This document shows, in pieces, positions 40,136-46,846 of a stretch of DNA of 54,506 nt; the first letter of the stretch is position 1; every line of letters begins with the position of its first letter. The translations under genes were made by a program, and so were the position numbers. The notes beneath the pieces were generated by a model, which did not search any database, was not told the DNA's origin, and saw only the letters and a program-made list of their open reading frames with translations. Location: assembly GCA_963624975.1 (NCBI GenBank), contig CAVFRF010000064.1, positions 1 to 54,506 of the forward strand. Direction: 5' to 3'. This DNA is from Bacteroidaceae bacterium. GTDB taxonomy: Bacteria; Actinomycetota; Coriobacteriia; Coriobacteriales; CADBOM01.

Positions 40136-40901
40136 CATCCTCGAGCTTGTAGGCGTGCGAAAGACGTTCGCAGGACGGCGCACGGGCGGTGCAGAGTCGG
40201 GCAGCGTGCGCGCCCTCGACGGCGTGTCGTTTCGCGTGGAGCGCGGCGAGTGCGCGGGGCTGGTCGGCGAGTCCGGCTGCGGCAAGAGCACGATCGCGCG
40301 CGCCATCTGCAGGTTCCTCGACATCGACGAGGGACATATCCTGCTCGACGGCGAGGACATCTCGCACATACGCGGCAAGCAGCCAGGCGGCCTCTGCAGC
40401 AAGGTCCAGATGGTGTTCCAGAACCCCGCCGGCTCATTCGACCCGCGCCGCACGCTCGCCCACGGCATATGCGAGCGACTCGTGCTGGAGGGTGCCAGCC
40501 AGGCAGAGGCGCATGCCACGGCCGACGAGCTTGCCCGCCAGTGCGGCCTCGATCCGGCGATCCTCGACAGGTACCCCCGCGAAGTGAGCGGCGGTCAGTG
40601 CCAGCGTGCCGCGATAGCACGGGCTCTGGCGGCCAGGCCGGAGCTGCTCATCTGCGACGAGGCCACCAGCGCGCTCGATGCCACGGTGCAGCGTCAGATC
40701 GCCGAGCTTCTCGGACAGCTGCGCCAACAGCACGGCACGACGATGCTCTTCATCTCCCACGACCTGGCGCTGGTGTCCAGCATCTGCGACCACGTGGTGG
40801 TGATGCGCTCGGGCGAGGTGGTAGAGGACGGCCCGACGCAGCAGGTCGTGCAAAACCCCTCATCTCCCTACACCCGCCTGCTGCTGGAAGCTGCGCTGTA
40901 G
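40128..40901 (+). CDS. ABC transporter ATP-binding protein (OppF/NikE-type)
   Basis: GTG start overlapping the upstream stop. Walker A GESGCGKST, signature VSGGQCQR, Walker [12 protein letters not shown]. Confidence 0.93.
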   Translation: MDSILELVGVRKTFAGRRTGGAESGSVRALDGVSFRVERGECAGLVGESGCGKSTIARAICRFLDIDEGHILLDGEDISHIRGKQPGGLCSKVQMVFQNPAGSFDPRRTLAHGICERLVLEGASQAEAHATADELARQCGLDPAILDRYPREVSGGQCQRAAIARALAARPELLICDEATSALDATVQRQIAELLGQLRQQHGTTMLFISHDLALVSSICDHVVVMRSGEVVEDGPTQQVVQNPSSPYTRLLLEAAL

Positions 40902-40977
40902 CCTGCGGCTTGCAGCGCAATGCACGCTTTCGCCCCGCTGCACGTGCAACACGCGCCAACTTGCATCCGAGCAATTT

Positions 40978-41030
40978 CTTCCCGAACGTGAATATTTTGG
41001 CAAATATGCTAGAATCTTCCCGAACGTGAA
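40978..41030 (+). promoter_or_regulatory. Putative hipBA promoter flanked by two identical 15-bp boxes
   Basis: CTTCCCGAACGTGAA occurs at 40978..40992 and 41016..41030. Candidate -35 GTGAAT (40988..40993), a 16-nt spacer, and -10 TAGAAT (41010..41015) lie between and over the boxes. Confidence 0.45.
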
Positions 41031-41042
41031 GATTTGAAGGGA

Positions 41043-41360
41043 ATGCCGATGCGAGAGAAAGTCCGAAAACTTGGCAAGATCTCCATCCCGCTCGGAGAGG
41101 GAGTCCACCTCAAAGAAGGCGAGCACCCGCTCATAAGCGAACGGGTGCTCAGCTCCGCCCAGCTCGGCCAGGCGCTGAAGAGGCGCCGTCGAGAACTGGG
41201 CTACACACAGAAGACGGCTGCCGAGCTTAGCAACCACAGCGTTCGTGCTATAGGCGACATCGAGAGGGGCCGCAGCTCGGTGGGCGTTGGCATCGTGCTC
41301 GATTACGCGCTGTCGCTGGGCGTAGACCTAACGTTGTCGGTGAGGGGCAGGTCGCAATGA
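41043..41360 (+). CDS. XRE-family HTH antitoxin (HipB-like)
   Basis: HTH LGQALKRRRRELGYTQKTAAELSNHSVRAIGDIERG. The stop overlaps the hipA start (ATGA). Confidence 0.8.
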   Translation: MPMREKVRKLGKISIPLGEGVHLKEGEHPLISERVLSSAQLGQALKRRRRELGYTQKTAAELSNHSVRAIGDIERGRSSVGVGIVLDYALSLGVDLTLSVRGRSQ

Positions 41361-42643
41361 GGCTATACGTTCACAGGGAGTTCAAGGGACGCTACGAACC
41401 TGTCGGAGTCCTGCAGGACGACAGCGGCGCACCGTCGTTCTCGTACGCCGAATCATATCTGTCTTCCAACGATGCGGCACCGATATCGATAAGCCTCCCG
41501 CTCGCAAGCGAGCCTTTCGACTCGAACACGACGGCTGCGTTCTTCGACGGACTGGTGCCGGAAGGGTCGCTTCGCAGAAACCTTGCCGATGTCGCCAGAG
41601 CCGACAGACGAGACTTCCTCGCAATTCTCAATCAGGTCAGGAACGAGCCCATTGGCGCATTGGTGTTCTCTTCAGAAGCAGAGCTCACATTTCTCGATGC
41701 ATCCTATGAAGAGCTGCCGGCCAGCGAACTGAAGAACATAGCATCGATGCCGGAATCCACGGCATTGGACCTAACACTGAAGAGCAGGATCTCGCTTGCA
41801 GGCGCGCAGACGAAAATCGGGCTCTACCATTCTGGAGACGACCCTGAAGAAGGGTGGCATCTTCCCAGAGGCGGTGCCCCATCGACGCACATTCTCAAAA
41901 CATGCTCCGAGGCTTTTCCCGGAGAAACGGTCTGCGAAGCGCTGTACCTCAAGGCTGCGAAGAGAATCGATCTGCCTGCGGCAAACTGCTTTCTGATAGA
42001 GTCTGGCGCCCGAAACCCCATACTGGCCGTCGAGCGCTACGACCGCAGGTTTCCCAATGGGAACCAACGCATCATTTCAGGGCTTCCTGCACCGCTCAGG
42101 CTCCACCAGGAAGATATGTGCCAGGTGCTGGGAATTAGCTCGGGTTTGAAATACGAGGCGACGAGCACCGACTATCTCAATCTGATGTCCTTTGCCCTAA
42201 CCGGATGTTCGAGCGAGCCTACGGAGGACAGGTTCACGCTTGGCTATTTCCAGTTACTCGATTACTTGCTCGGAAATTGCGATAACCATCTCAAGAACTG
42301 GTCCATCCTCTACAGCGAAGACTGGAACGGTGCGAGGGTGGCCCCTCTCTACGATGTGGTGAACACGACGATCTATCCGCAGCTGGCGAGGGAGATGGGC
42401 GTTTCCTTCGGAGGAAGCCGGGTTGTCGACGACGTGACCGCCGATATGATCTACGAGCGCTTGGGCAATGCCGGCCTGGCTTCGTATTTCGTGAAACAGA
42501 TGTGCGCGGATATGAGAGAAGAGTTGGTACCAGCTCTCGAAGATGCGGCCAGCGAACTGGCGGAATCGGGCTTTCCGGAAGCGAAGAGCCTACTAGACGA
42601 AATCGAGCCTGGCATCAAACGCCGGCTCGAGGTAATAGCGTAG
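41357..42643 (+). CDS. hipA: HipA-family serine/threonine kinase toxin
   Basis: 428 aa. N-terminal coupling domain (FSYAESYL...PISISLPL, FFDGLVPEG), then LAGAQTKIGL and the catalytic NCDNHLKNWSILY. Confidence 0.88.
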   Translation: MRLYVHREFKGRYEPVGVLQDDSGAPSFSYAESYLSSNDAAPISISLPLASEPFDSNTTAAFFDGLVPEGSLRRNLADVARADRRDFLAILNQVRNEPIGALVFSSEAELTFLDASYEELPASELKNIASMPESTALDLTLKSRISLAGAQTKIGLYHSGDDPEEGWHLPRGGAPSTHILKTCSEAFPGETVCEALYLKAAKRIDLPAANCFLIESGARNPILAVERYDRRFPNGNQRIISGLPAPLRLHQEDMCQVLGISSGLKYEATSTDYLNLMSFALTGCSSEPTEDRFTLGYFQLLDYLLGNCDNHLKNWSILYSEDWNGARVAPLYDVVNTTIYPQLAREMGVSFGGSRVVDDVTADMIYERLGNAGLASYFVKQMCADMREELVPALEDAASELAESGFPEAKSLLDEIEPGIKRRLEVIA

Positions 42644-42655
42644 CAACGCAGGCTA

Positions 42656-42692
42656 AAAGGTCCCGACATCCGCAATGGATACCGGGACCTTT
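42656..42692. terminator. Bidirectional terminator hairpin between convergent hipA and ybaK-like genes
   Basis: AAAGGTCCCG and CGGGACCTTT form a 10-bp stem with a 17-nt loop, with A/T runs on both flanks. Confidence 0.65.
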
Positions 42693-42696
42693 CGCG

Positions 42697-43227
42697 CTAC
42701 TCCTCAGGAGCTTCCAGCTTCACCACTCGCACCGGGGTGCCGTGCTCTTCCAGCAGCTTCAGCAGATCCGCCATGCGGATTCGCACCGATGCCGTGTTGT
42801 CGCATGGATGGCAGCCGATGAACTCGCGCGCCGCGCTCTCCTCGTCCAAGATGAACTGCACCTCGCAAGCCGCGTCGTTGAGCGCTCCCAGCGGATTGAC
42901 CGCTCCGGGGTACAACCCGAGCTTGGCAGCGAGATCCTTCTCGGAGGCGAACTGGAGCTTGCGCGAATCGAGCGCCTGCTGGATGCCCTTGAGTGGCACG
43001 CGCTTGTGGTCGGGCATCGACACCAGGTAGTAGTTGCGCTTCTTGTCGTCGCGCAGAAACAGGTTCTTCACCACGTCGTCCGCAAACCACAGGTCGAACC
43101 CGTCCAGGTCGTCCACCGTGAGCGCCGCTGGATGCTCGACGATCTCGTACTCCATCCCATGCTCGTCGAGTATCGCCAGCACGTCTTCCTTGGTGAGCGG
43201 GTTCGCCTGCTCAATCGTCTCAGCCAT
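42697..43227 (-). CDS. YbaK/ProX-type aminoacyl-tRNA deacylase domain protein
   Basis: Trimmed to MAETIEQ, giving 176 aa. KNLFLRDDKKRNYYLV and GAVNPLG are typical of prolyl-tRNA-synthetase-associated editing domains. Confidence 0.8.
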   Translation of the reverse strand: MAETIEQANPLTKEDVLAILDEHGMEYEIVEHPAALTVDDLDGFDLWFADDVVKNLFLRDDKKRNYYLVSMPDHKRVPLKGIQQALDSRKLQFASEKDLAAKLGLYPGAVNPLGALNDAACEVQFILDEESAAREFIGCHPCDNTASVRIRMADLLKLLEEHGTPVRVVKLEAPEE

Positions 43228-43334
43228 CTTATCGCCTCCGAAATTCGGCATTCGCAAAAAAATCACACGGCCAAGATGATACCAGCCCGCCCGCTACAGT
43301 CTCGCACTTTTTCAACAAGTTGAAGAAGAGTTGA

Positions 43335-43370
43335 CAAGCTCGTTGTTGCCCCGGTCGCGTGCAACGTTTA
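43335..43370. repeat. Left copy of a perfect 36-bp direct repeat
   Basis: CAAGCTCGTTGTTGCCCCGGTCGCGTGCAACGTTTA is identical at 43335..43370 and 46616..46651. Confidence 0.95.
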
Positions 43371-43382
43371 CCACGAGACCGA

Positions 43383-43691
43383 TCATCGGCTATGGCTTTT
43401 TTGAAACTTGGCAAATGCGCCTGCCGCATCCTGCACGTTGCCTGCGGCGTAATCATCGTATCCCCGCTGGATTTTGCCGTGAATCTGTTCTTCGGTCATT
43501 TTTGAAGCATCAATGCTTTCGGGAGCTTTGGGAATAGTTACCGGAAATGGGATCCCTCCTACGAGCACCACTTGGGTCAAAAACATATCGACGGCTGTGG
43601 ACATCGGTATTCCGAGTCTCCCCAGAACGTTTTCTGCATCGTGCTTCAATGTCGGGTTGATCCTCAAATTGAGTGTTGCAGATTTATCCAT
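43383..43691 (-). CDS. RelB/DinJ-family antitoxin, with no cognate toxin adjacent
   Basis: N-terminal ribbon-helix-helix LNLRINPTLKHDAENVLGRLGIPMSTAVDMFLTQV. The stop lies 12 nt from the 36-bp repeat. Confidence 0.8.
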   Translation of the reverse strand: MDKSATLNLRINPTLKHDAENVLGRLGIPMSTAVDMFLTQVVLVGGIPFPVTIPKAPESIDASKMTEEQIHGKIQRGYDDYAAGNVQDAAGAFAKFQKSHSR

Positions 43692-43805
43692 TCTTATCGC
43701 CTCCAGTCAATAAGCAGTATCGAAAACTCAGAAAACGATGACTTGCTTATAGTTCCATATCAAATAAGCAAAGGTTAGCTCATGAAATACCGTTCGGTAA
43801 TTGTA

Positions 43806-43856
43806 TTGACATTTTTTGTCGCCAAGGTAAAATGCCAACTGGTAATTTGATTACCA
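43806..43856 (+). promoter_or_regulatory. Promoter plus 17-bp palindromic operator upstream of the XRE gene
   Basis: TTGACA (43806..43811), a 16-nt spacer, TAAAAT (43828..43833), then the palindrome TGGTAATTTGATTACCA (43840..43856). Confidence 0.6.
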
Positions 43857-43875
43857 TACCACTGAAAGGAAAAAC

Positions 43876-44181
43876 ATGGAGTTGGGAAAAAGAATTCAGG
43901 AGCTCTTAGATGCTCGCAATATGAGTAGGAAGGAACTCGCGGATGCGACTGGACTGACTGAAGCGGCGATAAGCAGGTATATCACAGGTACCCGGATGCC
44001 AAAGTCCATCAGTCTCAGCGCTATCGCCAAGGCCCTAGATGTCACGTCTGACGAGCTGCTCGGTAACGTTAACGACACAATAGACGAAGTGGACGACGCT
44101 ATCAGGCTGGTAGCCCGCAACGCGGGAAGTATTACCAAAGAGCAGAAGAAATACCTCATCAATGCCCTCATCGGAGACTAG
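43876..44181 (+). CDS. XRE-family HTH regulator
   Basis: 101 aa. HTH LGKRIQELLDARNMSRKELADATGLTEAAISRYITGTRMP. Confidence 0.88.
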   Translation: MELGKRIQELLDARNMSRKELADATGLTEAAISRYITGTRMPKSISLSAIAKALDVTSDELLGNVNDTIDEVDDAIRLVARNAGSITKEQKKYLINALIGD

Positions 44182-44190
44182 GAGGATAGC

Positions 44191-44763
44191 TTGTACCTGG
44201 AACCCTCTAGATACGAGGAGCTAAACCGTGAGGTTGCCGACCTCATAGAGACATACGATGCGTGCGCGTACCCTTTGGACGTATTCGCTTTGGCGGGTAG
44301 GATGGGTATCGTGTTGAGATCATACTCGTCAATCCCCTTTACAGAGCGTTCAGCATTCCAGAACATCTCCAAAGACGCGTTCACCATCGCGTCTGGCGAG
44401 TACGAGGTGGACACGACATTCATTTGTTACAACCAAAACATGAACGGCGGCAGGCTGAGACAGAGCATCGCCCACGAAATCGCTCACATCTGGTTGGAGC
44501 ACCCAAACGACAAGGATCCCTTTGAGACCGAAGCCGAATACTTCGCTGCATATCTTCTAGCGCCCATACCCCTCATTATCAAATTAAGGCTAGCGAGCGT
44601 ATTGGAGGTTAAAGAGCGTTTCGGCGTAAGCTTCGAGGCCGCAAGAATCTCCCTCGAGCGAGCTGGTAACAGATGCCGATGCGGCAAGGCGGGATTTGAA
44701 TACGAGTACGGGATCATCAACATGTACAACCTGAAAGGAGGTGGTTGCCTTGAAATCGCCTAG
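44191..44763 (+). CDS. ImmA/IrrE-family zinc metallopeptidase
   Basis: TTG start with GGAGGA upstream. HEXXH motif HEIAHIWLEH followed by EAEYFAAYLLAP, the typical DUF955/ImmA layout. It is paired with the upstream XRE gene. Confidence 0.85.
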   Translation: MYLEPSRYEELNREVADLIETYDACAYPLDVFALAGRMGIVLRSYSSIPFTERSAFQNISKDAFTIASGEYEVDTTFICYNQNMNGGRLRQSIAHEIAHIWLEHPNDKDPFETEAEYFAAYLLAPIPLIIKLRLASVLEVKERFGVSFEAARISLERAGNRCRCGKAGFEYEYGIINMYNLKGGGCLEIA

Positions 44764-45000
44764 CAAAAAGCGGCCGCCGGAATTGGCGTTCCAGCGACCG
44801 CGGGCGGTATGGCACGCCATACCTAGTGCAACGAGTATTGTGCCATGCCGTCCGTCGATATCGATTGCAATTCAGAAGAAATCCGACGGAAGGATACGGT
44901 GTTCCAATGGTCCAATACCATCACGTTTGTAAGTTCGTCTTAGCTCTGCATTTCGGTGTGGGTAGTACGCATCTTGCTTCTCTGAGGGGAGGTGAGTAGT

Positions 45001-45663
45001 ATGACCAAGGAAAATTACAAACGCAGCGGATGTGTTGACGTGTTCAGGTCTTATCTCGTCAAAGACGCAACATTCGCCGGTGAGCTTGAGATTCCTACAC
45101 TGAAGCCTGTCGACCTGCTGCCCGGCGAAATGAAACCCTTTTCGCAGGCCATTTCCTCTAGGAAGAGGCATATCTGGGTCCACTTCTACGAGGACGATGC
45201 GAAGTTCGAGCGCATCTGGAACAATCCAAAGCGGTACCTGAAAATGCTGGGAGAGTTCGACGGAGTAATATCTCCCGATTTCAGCCTGTATAGGGATATG
45301 CCACTTGTCATGCAGTACTGGAACATTTACAGGTCGAGGGCATTCGCTCATGCGCTGCAGTCAGCTGGCGTACCCGTCATCCCCAACATTCGCTTCGGGG
45401 ATTCTAGAACATGGGAAGCATGTTGCCTTGGAATCCCCGTCAACTCTGCCATCGCCGTTGGAAGTCATGGCAATCTGAAGAACGCCGAAGACCGCCGACA
45501 TTTCACGGCTGGCCTCGACTATGTTGTCAAGGCGGTGCGACCGACAACCATCGTTGTATATGGAGCTGCGCCAGATTCGATATTTGGCGTATACATCAAG
45601 CAAAGTATTCGGGTCGCCTCATTTACGAGCGAATTCGCTAGCTCTCGCGAAACGAGCGCATAA
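45001..45663 (+). CDS. DUF4417 domain protein
   Basis: ATG 45001 sits 8 nt after GGGGAGG. WVHFYEDDAKFERIWNNPKRYL...GVISPDFSLYRDMPLVMQYWNIYRSRAF...GVPVIPNIRFGD matches my recollection of the DUF4417 consensus. Confidence 0.75.
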   Translation: MTKENYKRSGCVDVFRSYLVKDATFAGELEIPTLKPVDLLPGEMKPFSQAISSRKRHIWVHFYEDDAKFERIWNNPKRYLKMLGEFDGVISPDFSLYRDMPLVMQYWNIYRSRAFAHALQSAGVPVIPNIRFGDSRTWEACCLGIPVNSAIAVGSHGNLKNAEDRRHFTAGLDYVVKAVRPTTIVVYGAAPDSIFGVYIKQSIRVASFTSEFASSRETSA

Positions 45664-46157
45664 TGGGTGGCGGTTATCATGGTGGCTTCGGAGCCACCTC
45701 CGGCAGTGTCGCAATGGGCGATGCTACTTTCATGGAAAGATCCGATCAGTTTCTCAGATACATCCGCAAACGATCTGATGTTGACCCTGGCGGGAAATTT
45801 GACATTATTGCGCATGGAACCGCCCAAAACATGCAGATAGAGCACAACGGGAAGAAGATACTGGTCAACTCTCGCACTGCTGCGAATATGATCAAGAGGA
45901 TTCCAGACTATAAGGGGCAAAGCATAAGACTTCTTTCCTGCAGCACCGGATCGAGAAATGCTGGCTTTGCCCAAAACCTTGCAAATAAACTTGGCGTGAC
46001 AGTCTATGCCCCTAACGATAAATTGTGGGCATATAGCGATGGAAGCCACATTATCGCCCCCGTCAGCTCCATTCCAGACAAATACGGCAATCCTCAGCCC
46101 GACACCAGCCGTCTTGGAAAATTTGTAAAATATACCCCGGGAGGTAACAAACGATGA
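45663..46157 (+). CDS. Unknown 164-aa protein with His...Cys dyad pattern (clan-CD/CPD/DUF4347-like, by eye)
   Basis: The start overlaps the DUF4417 stop (TAATG). The N-terminus is Gly-rich. FDIIAHGT and, about 45 aa later, IRLLSCSTGS each follow hydrophobic strands. This is followed by FAQNLANKLGVTVYAP. Confidence 0.6.
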   Translation: MGGGYHGGFGATSGSVAMGDATFMERSDQFLRYIRKRSDVDPGGKFDIIAHGTAQNMQIEHNGKKILVNSRTAANMIKRIPDYKGQSIRLLSCSTGSRNAGFAQNLANKLGVTVYAPNDKLWAYSDGSHIIAPVSSIPDKYGNPQPDTSRLGKFVKYTPGGNKR

Positions 46158-46504
46158 ACTGCCCAAAATGTAACAGCTCAACTATTTCTAAAATCGAAGG
46201 CTCCACTTTGATAATCAAATGCACAGAATGCGAGTGGTCGGTTGCAACGAGCTATGTTGACCCGATCTACGAAGACGAGACCGTTTATATCGTTCGGGTT
46301 GGTCAGGTTCTCGACCCTAACAAAGAGCAGCTCAAAGCCGTCTCTTCTGTAGCCGGAGTTAACTTCATCGCTGCAAAGAAAACCTTGGAAACCCCGGGTG
46401 CAACTTTGATTGAAGGTCTTGCTCCAGAGATTAAAGAAAGCGTAGCGAAGCTTTCTAAATCAAATGTCGCCATCACCATCGAACCTGAGTATCCCTATCT
46501 CTAA
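46154..46504 (+). CDS. Zinc-ribbon protein with an L7/L12-CTD-like C-terminal half (immunity/antidote-like by position)
   Basis: ATGA overlap with the upstream gene, and GGGAGG RBS. CPKC..(14)..CTEC forms the zinc ribbon. The C-terminal KEQLKAVSSVAGVNFIAAKKTLETPGATLIEG resembles the ribosomal L7/L12 C-terminal domain pattern. Confidence 0.6.
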   Translation: MNCPKCNSSTISKIEGSTLIIKCTECEWSVATSYVDPIYEDETVYIVRVGQVLDPNKEQLKAVSSVAGVNFIAAKKTLETPGATLIEGLAPEIKESVAKLSKSNVAITIEPEYPYL

Positions 46505-46615
46505 ACGGCGGTAGGCTCACCAAACGTCACGGCCAGCAAGCGAACCACAGCGTCAAGAGCTACCAGATCCTTCGTCCACAGGCGCGCGCGAGAAATCTCG
46601 ATCCGACAATATGCG

Positions 46616-46651
46616 CAAGCTCGTTGTTGCCCCGGTCGCGTGCAACGTTTA
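46616..46651. repeat. Right copy of the perfect 36-bp direct repeat
   Basis: Identical to 43335..43370. Confidence 0.95.
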
Positions 46652-46846
46652 ACATATCGCTTTGGCTAGACTCGCTTGTTTTCGACTAGCATATAGAAGG
46701 TTTGTCGGACGTTTACACGTTTGCGCGTTTGCGCGTTTGCGCGCCAAAGCGTTCGCGCATCGAAGCGTCGGATGCCCGGCGGCCTGCAGGAAAGGGTCGG
46801 CTTGCCATGCCAACGGCGGGCCGCAAGGAGAAAAGAGAAAGAGACG

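Larger units (their letters stand above)
43371..46615. mobile_element. AT-rich genomic island 3 bounded by the 36-bp direct repeats; no recombinase
   Basis: A sampled line (45961..46020) counts 28/60 GC. Content is an antitoxin, XRE, ImmA and a DUF4417 cassette. It is inserted between a ybaK-like gene and the metQNI leader. Confidence 0.6.

Noticed and set aside
37190-40519. 1109-aa minus-strand ORF
   Set aside because: It is antisense to the ABC binding-protein and ATPase genes, has no recognisable domain, and is a high-GC artefact. The same reasoning applies to these track ORFs:
- 8520..10226
- 10223..12115
- 11908..13356
- 13402..15219
- 26181..28481
- 32952..35243
- 33479..35215
- 35233..36654
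- 37543..40152
- 47692..49239
- 49337..50848
- 50893..52071
44872-45351. 159-aa minus-strand ORF overlapping the start of the DUF4417 gene
   Set aside because: It has no RBS and no motifs. It overlaps a plus-strand gene that has clear family similarity and a strong RBS.
45519-46181. 220-aa minus-strand ORF antisense to the 164-aa gene
   Set aside because: It is antisense to two translationally coupled plus-strand genes, has no recognisable features, and is judged spurious.
46505-46615. GC-rich 110-bp stretch at the right end of island 3 as a gene remnant
   Set aside because: One minus-strand frame reads ...SRARLWTKDLVALDAVVRLLAVTFGEPTAV-stop, which could be a C-terminal fragment. I cannot assign it to any family, so it is left unannotated.
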